Shown here: positions 15,848-25,045 of the stretch, piece by piece
Numbering within the stretch: the stretch's first letter is position 1
How the letters are laid out: each line of letters starts with the position of its first letter
Origin: a virus
Strand: one strand, 5' to 3'
Virus record (IMG/VR): IMGVR_UViG_3300049020_000015
Location: 1 to 59,842 of that record
DNA: 59,842 nucleotides
Notes under the pieces: model-generated
Told to the model about the DNA's origin: nothing
The model's input: the letters and a program-made list of their open reading frames with translations, nothing else
The model's database searches: none
Made by a program: the position numbers and the translations under genes

Positions 15848-16273
15848 ATGGGGGTTACCAACCAAACTTACAGTGAGAAATTAAAAAGCGCTAACTGGCA
15901 AATGAAACGCCTGAAGATATTCCAGCGTGACAAATGCACATGCTTATCCTGCAATAGAGATTGCCTAAAGGAAGGGCTGTCAATGCATGTGCATCATATC
16001 AAATACCTGCCTAACCTGGAACCGTGGGAGTATGACGATTGCTATCTGGTTACCTACTGCGAGTTATGCCACAACACCGAACACATGATCGGCGGCCAGG
16101 TAGATGAGATCCTGATTGAGCTAATCCGTAAGAACGTAATATTTATTAAACCGGTCACTCAGATAAACACCCTTATCGAAAAGTGGCCGGAGTTCCACAC
16201 AAGGCTAAAAGCTTTTTTAGATGAATCGATGATGAATTATCTGAAAACCATAAATCCGAATCCAAATGTCTGA
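15848..16273 (+). CDS. HNH nuclease-like protein
   Basis: CTCLSCN...HVHHIKY...YCELCHNTEH (Cys pairs plus HH/H). ATG at 15848; the track GTG is at 15827. Confidence 0.6.
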   Translation: MGVTNQTYSEKLKSANWQMKRLKIFQRDKCTCLSCNRDCLKEGLSMHVHHIKYLPNLEPWEYDDCYLVTYCELCHNTEHMIGGQVDEILIELIRKNVIFIKPVTQINTLIEKWPEFHTRLKAFLDESMMNYLKTINPNPNV

Positions 16274-16940
16274 AACTACCGGTTGGATCAAGTTGCACAG
16301 AAAATTATTAAAGAACCCAGTTGTAATGAAAGACGGCGACCATTTAGCGGTGTGGGTTTACCTGCTTTTGAATGCAACCCGTGTTGTTCACGATTCCATT
16401 TTTGACGGCAAAAAAGTTCAATTACAACCTGGTCAATTAATAATTGGACGCCGTAGAATCGGCTCTGACATGGGGATTCACGAAAGTAAGGTGCAACGAA
16501 TTTTAAAATGTTTCGAAAGTGAACACCTGTTTAAACAACAGACAAGCTCTAAAAGTCGCTTAATATCAATACTTAAGTGGAAAGAATACCAGATAAGTGA
16601 ACAGGCTAGTGAACAACAAATGAACAACAAGCGAACAACAAGTGAACAACAAGCGAACACTATACAAGAAGTATTAGAAGTTAAAGAAGAAAGAGAAGTA
16701 GAGAAGACCACGCGCGAAAAATTTTTTGACAACCAAATCCTAGTTCAAAGCATTTTCATGAGGTGGGGCATTACCCTGGATCAGTTAAACGAAATGCTTA
16801 ACGCCTTCGACATGCATCTTGTCGCTGAAGGCAAAAGTGGAATTACGGACGCAGAGTACCGTAGCTACTTCCACAACTGGGGTGTCAAAAGATACACAAA
16901 CTACAAAGGCAGTTTTACTCAAAACGGGATGGTATTCTGA
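16266..16940 (+). CDS. Replisome organiser / replication initiator-like winged-helix protein
   Basis: GWIKLHRKLLKNPVV...HLAVWVYLLL...IGRRRIGSDMGIHESKVQRILKCFE. The gene carries internal iterons and lies upstream of the primase-helicase. Confidence 0.6.
   Translation: MSETTGWIKLHRKLLKNPVVMKDGDHLAVWVYLLLNATRVVHDSIFDGKKVQLQPGQLIIGRRRIGSDMGIHESKVQRILKCFESEHLFKQQTSSKSRLISILKWKEYQISEQASEQQMNNKRTTSEQQANTIQEVLEVKEEREVEKTTREKFFDNQILVQSIFMRWGITLDQLNEMLNAFDMHLVAEGKSGITDAEYRSYFHNWGVKRYTNYKGSFTQNGMVF
16597..16660. repeat. Iteron-like tandem array: 5-6 copies of an 11-bp unit NNGAACAACAA (candidate ori)
   Basis: Units start at 16609, 16620, 16631, 16642 and 16653 (exact 11-bp phase), plus GTGAACA at 16597. 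A purine-rich tract follows at 16661-16710. Confidence 0.6.
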
Positions 16941-18733
16941 TGAAAACGAATTGGGAAAAGTATGGAATTGATATTGGCAAGGTTACAGGTGGCAAGACTT
17001 TTTGCCCCAAATGTCACGCAAGCCGAAAGCATAAGAAGGATAGATCGTTAAGTGTAGATAAAGAGACAGGAGCATTTAACTGTCACAATTGCGGGTATAG
17101 GGGGTATGCAGTTGAAGTCGAGCGGCAACGAAAGGAATATGTTAAGCCTGTGCCGCGCTTGGAAAAGTTGAGCGAGAAGGCGTTAAGATGGTTCGAACAG
17201 GACAGGGGAATATCCAATAACACTCTCCTTCGGTTGAAGATAACGGAAGCAAAAGAGTGGATGCCTCTGTTCGAAAGTGAAGTTGCAACTATCTGCTTTA
17301 ACTACTACCGGAATGAAGAGCTGGTAAATATCAAGTTCAGAGGCCCTCAGAAGTCGTTTAAGATGGCAAAAGATGCCGAGTTGATATTCTACAACCTTGA
17401 CTCTCTAAGCGGCAGTAATGAGGCTGTAATCGTCGAGGGCGAGATTGATGCTTTAACGCTTCATGAGTGCGGGATTTACAATGTCGTTAGTGTTCCTAAC
17501 GGCGCAAGCAAGGGAAGTATGAAGCTGGAGTATCTCGATAACTGCTGGCAGGATTTCGAAGGAAAGAATAAAATCATTATAGCTACAGATGGTGATTCGC
17601 CGGGTGTGGAATTACGGGAAGAATTGGCTCGACGATTAGGCAAAGAAAGGTGTTACACGGTTGCATATCCTGACGGCTGCAAAGACGCAAATGAAGTGCT
17701 ACTAAAGTTCGGACGTGATAAGGTTATAGAGGTATTCACTCAAGCGAAGGAATGGCCATTAGAAGGGATTATTACGATGGATGAAATGTTCGATACAATT
17801 CAGGGCTGGTATGAAAAGGGTTATCCCCCTGGTGCCAAAGCTGGCATAACCGGGTTCGACAAGCTGCTGACATTCACAACCAAACAGGTAACTACCATTA
17901 CCGGCATACCTGGCCATGGTAAAGACGAGTTTACCAATTTGATCTTAGCCCGTACGGCGATCAATTGCGGCTGGAAATGGGGGTGTGCTGATTTTGAAGA
18001 AGAGCCAGAGCAAACAGTAACGAAGCTGGCAGAAAAGATTCATGGTAAATCTTTTGATTTCAGGAAAGATCCATTTCACCGATTGTCGCCAGCGGAATAC
18101 ATGGACGCCATAGGGCTAATAGATCAGCACTTCTACTTTTATAAAACTGAAGAAATAGAAACCGATATTGATTCATTGCTTGCGATTGCTGACCGGTTGG
18201 TGTTGAAATATGGTATTCGCGGATTGAGGCTTAACCCATGGAACTGGATTGAAAACAATACCGGTTTGGATGGTACTGAGTATGTAAGTGCAGTTTACAC
18301 CAAGATTATTAAGTGGGCTAGAAAGCGAGACGTACATGTGTTTGTTATCGCCCACACTACAAAGATTGGAAAGGATAAGGCAGGCAAATTCGAAATACCC
18401 AACCTGTATAACATTTCCGGTTCAGCGCACTTTTACAACAAAACACATAACGGTATAACTGTTTACCTCGATGTTGCAACCGGATTCACGACCGTATACG
18501 TTCAGAAGGTAAAACAAAGTTGGTTAGGCCAAAAGGGATATGTTGTTTTCAAATTCGATACTTATACCAGAAAGTACGAGTTTATTGAATTGCAAACTGT
18601 ACACCATTCGCCGAAACAGGATGAAGAAAAAGAGCCGCCCAAAGAATTGGGTTTAGGGAAGTGGCGACAGTTGCCACCTGAGCCGGACGAAACAAATGAT
18701 TATTATGAAAAAGACGACGATGCGCCATTCTAA
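16940..18733 (+). CDS. Bifunctional primase-helicase (zinc finger + Toprim + DnaB/Twinkle-like P-loop)
   Basis: CPKCH...CHNCG zinc finger. Toprim acidic motifs VIVEGEIDAL and ATDGDSPG. Walker A GIPGHGKD. Confidence 0.85.
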   Translation: MKTNWEKYGIDIGKVTGGKTFCPKCHASRKHKKDRSLSVDKETGAFNCHNCGYRGYAVEVERQRKEYVKPVPRLEKLSEKALRWFEQDRGISNNTLLRLKITEAKEWMPLFESEVATICFNYYRNEELVNIKFRGPQKSFKMAKDAELIFYNLDSLSGSNEAVIVEGEIDALTLHECGIYNVVSVPNGASKGSMKLEYLDNCWQDFEGKNKIIIATDGDSPGVELREELARRLGKERCYTVAYPDGCKDANEVLLKFGRDKVIEVFTQAKEWPLEGIITMDEMFDTIQGWYEKGYPPGAKAGITGFDKLLTFTTKQVTTITGIPGHGKDEFTNLILARTAINCGWKWGCADFEEEPEQTVTKLAEKIHGKSFDFRKDPFHRLSPAEYMDAIGLIDQHFYFYKTEEIETDIDSLLAIADRLVLKYGIRGLRLNPWNWIENNTGLDGTEYVSAVYTKIIKWARKRDVHVFVIAHTTKIGKDKAGKFEIPNLYNISGSAHFYNKTHNGITVYLDVATGFTTVYVQKVKQSWLGQKGYVVFKFDTYTRKYEFIELQTVHHSPKQDEEKEPPKELGLGKWRQLPPEPDETNDYYEKDDDAPF

Positions 18734-19163
18734 ATATAACTACTACATCGGCATTGACGCCGGTACAACAACGGGCCTGTGTGTCTGGGAAAGAGACGAG
18801 AAGCAAATCAAGCAGCTCGATTCTATGCCGATTCATAAAGCCATGAACGAAATAGGTTATTGGAACCGGTTCGCCCCTGGTCAGGTTTTCGTCCGGTTGG
18901 AAGATGCCCGCCTGCGTAAATGGATACCGAGACAGAAAACGGAATCAGCGGAACGAGGCAGGCGTGAAGGCGCGGGTTATGTCAAAGCTCACTGCGCAAT
19001 CTGGGAAGCGTTTCTGAAAGATCTGGGCGTGCCTTATGAGTTAGTGCCGCCGAAGAACAACAAGACGAAAGTAAAGGCTGAATACTTCGCTAAGTTGACC
19101 GGGTATCAGGAACGAACGAACGAACATTCAAGAGACGCCGCAATGTTGGTAGTCGGCATGTAA
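18720..19163 (+). CDS. RuvC-like Holliday junction resolvase (copy 1)
   Basis: YIGIDAGTTTG, VRLEDARL and NEHSRDAAML acidic catalytic motifs. Confidence 0.7.
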   Translation: MRHSKYNYYIGIDAGTTTGLCVWERDEKQIKQLDSMPIHKAMNEIGYWNRFAPGQVFVRLEDARLRKWIPRQKTESAERGRREGAGYVKAHCAIWEAFLKDLGVPYELVPPKNNKTKVKAEYFAKLTGYQERTNEHSRDAAMLVVGM

Positions 19164-19209
19164 TTAACTAACAAAATCAACTCCCCGCCTCCCAATCGGC
19201 GATAATAGA

Positions 19210-19809
19210 ATGAATAATCACATAAACATATCAGCCTTATTTGTCCGCAAGGATAGCGTTTATAAGTCGCTAGTAGTTGACTGCTGGGATATTGAAAGGG
19301 ATGCAAGGCTATGGCCCGGTGGCAATCCTGTTATTGCGCACCCGCCTTGTAGATCATGGGGCAAGTTATCGCATTTTGCAAGACCTAGAGACGGTGAAAA
19401 GGGATATGCAATAAAATGCATTGAATGGATAAGGCAGTGGGGAGGGGTATTAGAGCATCCTGCGGCTTCAAGGTTATGGCCGGAGCTCAAGTTGCCGCTA
19501 CCTGGTTATTACGATGAATATGGCGGGTTTAGTATCTGTATTGATCAGTTCTGGTTTGGGCATAAGGCACAAAAGAGGACTTTACTGTATATCTGTGGGT
19601 GTAGTCAGAGTGATTTGCCCCCAATACCAATACGGTTTGATGCAGTTACCCACTGTGTTAGCGTAAATAAAAAGAACAAATTTGGGCGCCGACCAGGTTT
19701 GAAAAAAGAGATTACCAAAGTAGAGCGCGAACAAACCCCTGTTGAATTAGCTGAGTGGTTAATTAAAGTAGCCGTTCAATGTAAATCAAAATCAATTGTA
19801 TGCATGTGA
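19210..19809 (+). CDS. Short cytosine-C5-methyltransferase-like protein lacking a recognisable AdoMet motif I
   Basis: HPPCRSWG (motif IV PCQ-like), VLEHP (ENV-like), AQKRTLLYICG (QxRxR-like), TPVELAEWLI (motif X-like). No FxGxG was seen. Confidence 0.5.
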   Translation: MNNHINISALFVRKDSVYKSLVVDCWDIERDARLWPGGNPVIAHPPCRSWGKLSHFARPRDGEKGYAIKCIEWIRQWGGVLEHPAASRLWPELKLPLPGYYDEYGGFSICIDQFWFGHKAQKRTLLYICGCSQSDLPPIPIRFDAVTHCVSVNKKNKFGRRPGLKKEITKVEREQTPVELAEWLIKVAVQCKSKSIVCM

Positions 19810-20255
19810 ATACAAACCACCCCTACCTCATCGGCATCGACCCTGGTGTTACAACCGGTCTGTGCATCTATTACAAGCCAGAGAAGCGGATATGCCAACT
19901 GCGATCAGGCTCGCTGCTCGAAATGCTTTTCCTGCTGAGGGAATCGATCTGGTGGGAAAGGATTAATAACGATAAGGTATTTATCAGGATGGAGGACGCC
20001 CGCCTGAGAACCTGGGTACCGTGGCAAAAGAATGAGATAGCTGAACGAGGCCGGCGCGAAGGTGCTGGTTACGTCAAAGCCCACTGTGCTATTTGGGAGG
20101 ATTGGTTTAAGATCGTTGGCATCCCTCATGAGCTTGTGGCGCCGAAGAACAATAAGACAAAGGTGACCGCCGAATACTTTAAGAAGTTGACGGGGTATGA
20201 TGAGCGGACGAATGAGCACCAAAGAGATAGTGCGATGCTTTGCGTAGGCTACTAA
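19800..20255 (+). CDS. RuvC-like Holliday junction resolvase (copy 2, paralogue of 18720-19163)
   Basis: LIGIDPGVTTG, IRMEDARL and NEHQRDSAML. The C-terminal ~90 aa are nearly colinear with copy 1 (AERGRREGAGYVKAHCAIWE is identical). Confidence 0.7.
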   Translation: MHVNTNHPYLIGIDPGVTTGLCIYYKPEKRICQLRSGSLLEMLFLLRESIWWERINNDKVFIRMEDARLRTWVPWQKNEIAERGRREGAGYVKAHCAIWEDWFKIVGIPHELVAPKNNKTKVTAEYFKKLTGYDERTNEHQRDSAMLCVGY

Positions 20256-20280
20256 TTGAAAAATATTTAAAAAAGGAGAT

Positions 20281-20607
20281 ATGAAAGTACTTCACCTAAC
20301 GCTGAAAAAGAAATGGTTTGACATGATCGCCAGCGGTGAGAAAAAGGAAGAGTACCGGGAACTAAAAGCATATTGGATGACACGGCTGCTTAACCAGCAT
20401 GGCGATAGCTTCAAAAGTTTTGATGTTATCCATTTTAAAAATGGGTACAACCCAAATGCGCCAACAATGGATGTTGAATGTAAAGGAATTGAGGTTGGCG
20501 AAGGCAACCCAAAGTGGGGCTGCAATAAGAGAACGTTTATAATCAAGTTGGGCAAGATACTATCGATAAACAATTACTCACCCCTCACCTCAAAAGTAAA
20601 CGCATGA
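20281..20607 (+). CDS. ASCH domain protein
   Basis: LTLKKKWFDMIASGEKKEEYRE is the typical ASCH N-terminus. GGAG lies upstream. Confidence 0.65.
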   Translation: MKVLHLTLKKKWFDMIASGEKKEEYRELKAYWMTRLLNQHGDSFKSFDVIHFKNGYNPNAPTMDVECKGIEVGEGNPKWGCNKRTFIIKLGKILSINNYSPLTSKVNA

Positions 20608-21068
20608 ACCTAATAGACTATCTCCCTTATTACCTCGGCTGCGACTACTGGACTAATAACAGTCAAGGCAACCTGAATGCTAAAACACTGCATGATGTGA
20701 TTGATGTGGTTAAGAGAGGCATGGATGTACGGTTGCATTTGAGGCGAACGACCGATCTGACCGAAGAAGAAGCTGCCCATCTGGCCCTTATCTATAGTGG
20801 CGCCAAAAAGGTGATTAAAACGCAAGGTGTAGCAAGTAACTGGCATTACTTCTTTTGTCACTTCAATGACAATGAAGACTGTGAGCAATTAGTTATTGGA
20901 TCAGATGGTTGCGCATGGTATCGGCACTATTTCGATGAGAAAGAACCGGGCAGCAGGAATATTGTAAATGAGCACAAGGCTACGCACTACCTCCTGTGCC
21001 AACGCTTCGACCTATTCAACCTTATTGATAACGGCCTCGCCTTAGACGCTAAAACTATAACACCATGA
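20604..21068 (+). CDS. Hypothetical protein
   Basis: ATGA overlap; 154 aa. Confidence 0.7.
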   Translation: MNLIDYLPYYLGCDYWTNNSQGNLNAKTLHDVIDVVKRGMDVRLHLRRTTDLTEEEAAHLALIYSGAKKVIKTQGVASNWHYFFCHFNDNEDCEQLVIGSDGCAWYRHYFDEKEPGSRNIVNEHKATHYLLCQRFDLFNLIDNGLALDAKTITP

Positions 21069-21394
21069 AACGCCTCCTCCTCTTCCTGCTCTGCCAGGGT
21101 AGCTTAGACGGATTTAGTCAGACAGCTGATAATGACGGCATTTACCTACATGAGTTAGGTCTTGCTTGTAAGTGCTCGCAGTGCACAGCAGCCGCCAAAC
21201 CTGACACCCTCGCCGCTCACCTCTTAGTCTCTCACCGTCCCCCGTCATTCGGCCATAGCATAGAGGGGTACTGCATTGTCATTAATGATGTCTGTACGGG
21301 CAGGCATCTTGTATACCGGCGTAAGAAGTTCGTCGAAATAAAGCCGCCGTATGATGTATGGAGGTGTATAAGGAAGGAGGTGGGCCGTGATTAA
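21065..21394 (+). CDS. Hypothetical Cys-rich protein with hydrophobic N-terminus
   Basis: ATGA overlap; begins MKRLLLFLLCQGSLDGFSQ. Confidence 0.6.
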   Translation: MKRLLLFLLCQGSLDGFSQTADNDGIYLHELGLACKCSQCTAAAKPDTLAAHLLVSHRPPSFGHSIEGYCIVINDVCTGRHLVYRRKKFVEIKPPYDVWRCIRKEVGRD

Positions 21395-21752
21395 CATAAG
21401 AGAAAATTATTGGGTGGTCGAGGTGCCGGAAGATGCCAGAAACTTTCGTATTGGAAAATCAGAACGATTGAAGGGCAATGTTTTTTACAACACAACACTT
21501 GATTATTTCGCAGGAAGCCAAGTTATTGAATTGGGTTCCGGCACATATCAAATCATCTGCACCCTCAAAGACGCAACGTACACCCAGGCCGCTGAGATCG
21601 TCGAGCATGACGGCGACGGGTTCAAAGACTACAACCCAAACAACTTTCATTTCGACCTGCCGCTCATGAGTCCCTTTGATTCGCTGCGGTCATTGTTTAC
21701 GGCAAAAGGGTGTGACTTAAACAACAATTATTTAATCATTAAAAAAGGGTAA
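21387..21752 (+). CDS. Hypothetical protein
   Basis: GTG start with 8-nt overlap; 121 aa. Confidence 0.6.
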   Translation: MINIRENYWVVEVPEDARNFRIGKSERLKGNVFYNTTLDYFAGSQVIELGSGTYQIICTLKDATYTQAAEIVEHDGDGFKDYNPNNFHFDLPLMSPFDSLRSLFTAKGCDLNNNYLIIKKG

Positions 21753-21753
21753 G

Positions 21754-21984
21754 ATGTGCATCAAGAATCCTAAGCGTTTTCTATTCTGGGAATATTACGG
21801 TGACTGCAAAAATAAGGTGGTGAGGTTTGGCCGATTCATGGAGTGTTCCAGCCAATTTGTCGCAACGTTTGAATGTGTGTTATGTGGTCGCCAAACTAAA
21901 CAACATTTCGTTTCAGAGGATACGCTTCTTGAAATGGGCGTGCCGATAGAAACAATTATTGAAAATAGAAAAAAGTTATACTAA
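21754..21984 (+). CDS. Hypothetical protein
   Basis: 76-aa ORF, tightly packed. Confidence 0.65.
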   Translation: MCIKNPKRFLFWEYYGDCKNKVVRFGRFMECSSQFVATFECVLCGRQTKQHFVSEDTLLEMGVPIETIIENRKKLY

Positions 21985-22250
21985 TGGCAAAAAATAAACC
22001 AGGCATTCACCTTCTCGAAACAAAAGGTGCAGTTATCCACCACAAGCCGAGGACGTACGCCAAGCAATACTACTGGCATATCGTCGCCCGTAACGGTCGC
22101 ATCATCGCCCGAAGTTCTGAAACATATACACGGAAGGCGGGAGCGGTGAAGAGTATAAAAATCGTTTCAAAAATATTTTGCACTAATCCGGCATGGAATA
22201 GCTACTATGACCATAGCAAACCCGATTCGCCACTTCAAAGTTATTTATGA
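21984..22250 (+). CDS. DUF1508 (YegP-like) domain protein
   Basis: YYWHIVARNGRIIARSSETYTRKAGAVKSIKIV matches the YegP repeat pattern. Confidence 0.6.
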   Translation: MAKNKPGIHLLETKGAVIHHKPRTYAKQYYWHIVARNGRIIARSSETYTRKAGAVKSIKIVSKIFCTNPAWNSYYDHSKPDSPLQSYL

Positions 22251-22600
22251 GTGAGAGATTACACGCACTTAAAGTCGGAGATAAAATATGGTTCGAAGAC
22301 GAGAAGCAAGGGTATACGGTGAAGGCTTGTGATGATCGTTATGCTATCTGTACAAAACCGTTCAACCCACTTAAAACAGTACTCTATACAATTGTGGATT
22401 TTAAGGAAGGTATTCGTGGCAGGAACAACCTTATATTCAATATTTACGATTATAAAAAACAGGAAGATATTGATGAATGTCTTAAGGATTTAAATGCAGA
22501 AGTAGATCCAACTAGGGTGTCTCACAGGCATCATGTAGCATTAGTGGTTACAAAAGTGCAGCACAACCAACAAAAGGAGGCCAACAATGAAACTCATTAA
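22247..22600 (+). CDS. Hypothetical protein
   Basis: ATGA overlap; 117 aa. Confidence 0.7.
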   Translation: MSERLHALKVGDKIWFEDEKQGYTVKACDDRYAICTKPFNPLKTVLYTIVDFKEGIRGRNNLIFNIYDYKKQEDIDECLKDLNAEVDPTRVSHRHHVALVVTKVQHNQQKEANNETH

Positions 22601-22817
22601 ACTTCTGGCCTGCTTTATCACCGGCCACAAGTGGACAAGTAAGGCCATGAAGAATATAAAGCCAACAGAAACTGAATTGAAGTCCTACACCGGTTTTAAG
22701 CACTATGCAAAGATGTATTGTGATAGGTGCGGCAAGGAATCTAAATTGAATAACCGGTTATTAAACGCGACTGCCTTAAACACCTTGGCTTCACAATTGA
22801 GGCTGATAAGTGCATAA
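22587..22817 (+). CDS. Hypothetical protein
   Basis: 76-aa ORF. Confidence 0.6.
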   Translation: MKLIKLLACFITGHKWTSKAMKNIKPTETELKSYTGFKHYAKMYCDRCGKESKLNNRLLNATALNTLASQLRLISA

Positions 22818-22862
22818 TGTGTAGCATATTTCGACTATCAACAATTAATTTAAATAAATCAA

Positions 22863-23135
22863 ATGAGCAAACTAAGTCAGGAAACGATTGACCGCATAAA
22901 GACTGATGCGATTAGCTGGTCAGAGAATCAATACGGCCATGACGATGTAAACAAAGATTATCTGGAAGGTGCGTTACATGAGGTGGGAAGGGCGCAGGGG
23001 TTAGTGGATGCGTTCGTAATAATATCTAAAGCTCCCATGCCAACCAATGACAGTGAAAGAGAATCATGGGTGATAGCCGCAAGAGCCACCGTGGTTGACG
23101 CCCTCGCCAAATACAAGGAGGTAAGTAATGAATAG
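22863..23135 (+). CDS. Hypothetical protein
   Basis: 90-aa ORF. Confidence 0.65.
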   Translation: MSKLSQETIDRIKTDAISWSENQYGHDDVNKDYLEGALHEVGRAQGLVDAFVIISKAPMPTNDSERESWVIAARATVVDALAKYKEVSNE

Positions 23136-23763
23136 CGAATGTAAATGCACATACCCGAACTACAACGCCTTCACCGGTCGCTGTATGACTTGCGGCGGGT
23201 TTCATAAGAAAGACCTTGACATGAGTTTCGATTACAAAAGCCGGGATTGGGAAGATAGTAATAGTAGGCCGGTTTGCGTTGCTTGTTTAAACGAAAGTAG
23301 AGCGCATCAAATACCGGGTAACTTTGAGCATACATGTGGTAAACGGGTCGATAACACCCAATTACCGGCTGAGGTAATGGAAGAAATAAACAAACTTCAG
23401 GACGATCTTACATCCATTATAATACTGGATGATAGTTTTAATAAGGGGTATTATTGTGGAATGAGAACGGGCATAGAAGCCGGTGCAACCGAATACGCCA
23501 GTAAGCTGCATGAGATTGAGCAAAAGAACCTAGAGCTAGATGAATGGAAGAGTCAGGCGATGTACTTGCTCAACCCCTTATATGAGTACGGGGATAATTC
23601 GAAAGAAATAAAGTTAGGCGAAAGTATTACAACATTTATCCTATCACGATGTAAGAAGTACGACGCCGCCCGCACCCTCCTCGAAAAAGTAAAATCCCGG
23701 CACGAAGCAGGATTGCTACCTGACCGGTTTTTATATGAAGAAATAAAAACGTTCCTAAAATGA
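23128..23763 (+). CDS. Hypothetical protein with Cys-rich N-terminus
   Basis: 211 aa; CKC...CMTCGG...CVAC. Confidence 0.7.
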   Translation: MNSECKCTYPNYNAFTGRCMTCGGFHKKDLDMSFDYKSRDWEDSNSRPVCVACLNESRAHQIPGNFEHTCGKRVDNTQLPAEVMEEINKLQDDLTSIIILDDSFNKGYYCGMRTGIEAGATEYASKLHEIEQKNLELDEWKSQAMYLLNPLYEYGDNSKEIKLGESITTFILSRCKKYDAARTLLEKVKSRHEAGLLPDRFLYEEIKTFLK

Positions 23764-24053
23764 AGCAGCCAACAACTCCATGCGCAATCGCTACACAAGA
23801 GCAAGTGCAAATAAACAGAGAGTTCCTTTTGTCGCAAGGATGGGTGCTTAAAAAAGAGTTCCCGCTATACGAATCGTTTGCTCACTCAAAGAACTCTGAT
23901 ATGATTTGCGCTATTGGCTTGTATGGTGAATTCAGTATTTGCCAACTCCATTGGTGTAATAAAACGCCTGAGCGTGAGTTTACGACGATTAATCCGGCCT
24001 TGACCAAAGAAGACTATTTCAAAATTCTTTCATTGCTAAACATCATTCTTTAA
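23760..24053 (+). CDS. Hypothetical protein
   Basis: ATGA overlap; 97 aa. Confidence 0.7.
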   Translation: MKQPTTPCAIATQEQVQINREFLLSQGWVLKKEFPLYESFAHSKNSDMICAIGLYGEFSICQLHWCNKTPEREFTTINPALTKEDYFKILSLLNIIL

Positions 24054-24676
24054 TGGAACACAATATTGATCTAATAAAGCAAATCAGGGAAGCATACGCG
24101 AAAGAAGAAGGGTATAGCTCGTTTGCTAACATGGCGCTTAACGTGAATATAGTACCACGAGATTTAACAGAGATTGCAAAGCGATATGCAGAAGGCATGA
24201 TCGCTGCCCTCCAATCCCGCTGCGACAGGTACGAGAAGGCGTTGAGGGAGGCGAGGACATGGGTTGTTGAGGCGTTAGAATCTGATCACACTGGAACCGT
24301 CATGTCTGCACAGAATGATTTAAAGCTGATTGACGAAGCCCTGAAGGGGGAAGGGGAGAAAGCGACGCCAACAAAGCAATGGTGGGAGGGCAAGGCTATG
24401 AGTGATATGCCGGAGTATGTACAAGTTATTAGCACAGAAATAGCAAAAGACACTGGCACTTATTGTAAGGTGTTTAAATGGAGCATCTTTAGTGACAACA
24501 CATTTCCTAGCAATGGAGATTGGGGTGCTGAGATTGAAGGATATGAACCTATCTACTTGTGCCGTCCTGAGCTTAATTTTCCCGGCCAAGTATATGGCAG
24601 GCTACATGTAAGCCACTTATTACCCGCCACCGCTGCCGAATACAACGCCTACCTGCAAACACTAACCGTTAAATGA
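24053..24676 (+). CDS. Hypothetical protein
   Basis: TAATG overlap; 207 aa. Confidence 0.7.
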   Translation: MEHNIDLIKQIREAYAKEEGYSSFANMALNVNIVPRDLTEIAKRYAEGMIAALQSRCDRYEKALREARTWVVEALESDHTGTVMSAQNDLKLIDEALKGEGEKATPTKQWWEGKAMSDMPEYVQVISTEIAKDTGTYCKVFKWSIFSDNTFPSNGDWGAEIEGYEPIYLCRPELNFPGQVYGRLHVSHLLPATAAEYNAYLQTLTVK

Positions 24677-24682
24677 TGGATA

Positions 24683-25021
24683 ATGACAAATAAACTATAC
24701 CATTGGATAAGATACGGCGGTAAGATTCCCCGTAAACTTAAAAAGAAAATATTGGGCAAAAAGATGAAGCGTAAAGAATTGCGCTTTATGATCCGCACTT
24801 TAAAGTTTGGCGAACCTATAAGGACAATGTATGAGCGACGGGAAATAAACCATGGTATGTTTTGCCCGAAGTGTGGCGAACGTGGGGCTGTTGGTACTGG
24901 GAATAAAACAACCTATCCGGAACATTGGGAGCAGTTCTATTGCGTTAGGTGCCACTATCAGGTGGCCGAGATTGACAATAGCCCGTTTATTCACGTATTA
25001 GAGGAGATGTATTGTAAATAG
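24683..25021 (+). CDS. Hypothetical zinc-ribbon protein
   Basis: CPKCGE...CVRCH. Confidence 0.65.
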   Translation: MTNKLYHWIRYGGKIPRKLKKKILGKKMKRKELRFMIRTLKFGEPIRTMYERREINHGMFCPKCGERGAVGTGNKTTYPEHWEQFYCVRCHYQVAEIDNSPFIHVLEEMYCK

Positions 25022-25045
25022 TAACTAACCCACAACAATAAATAA

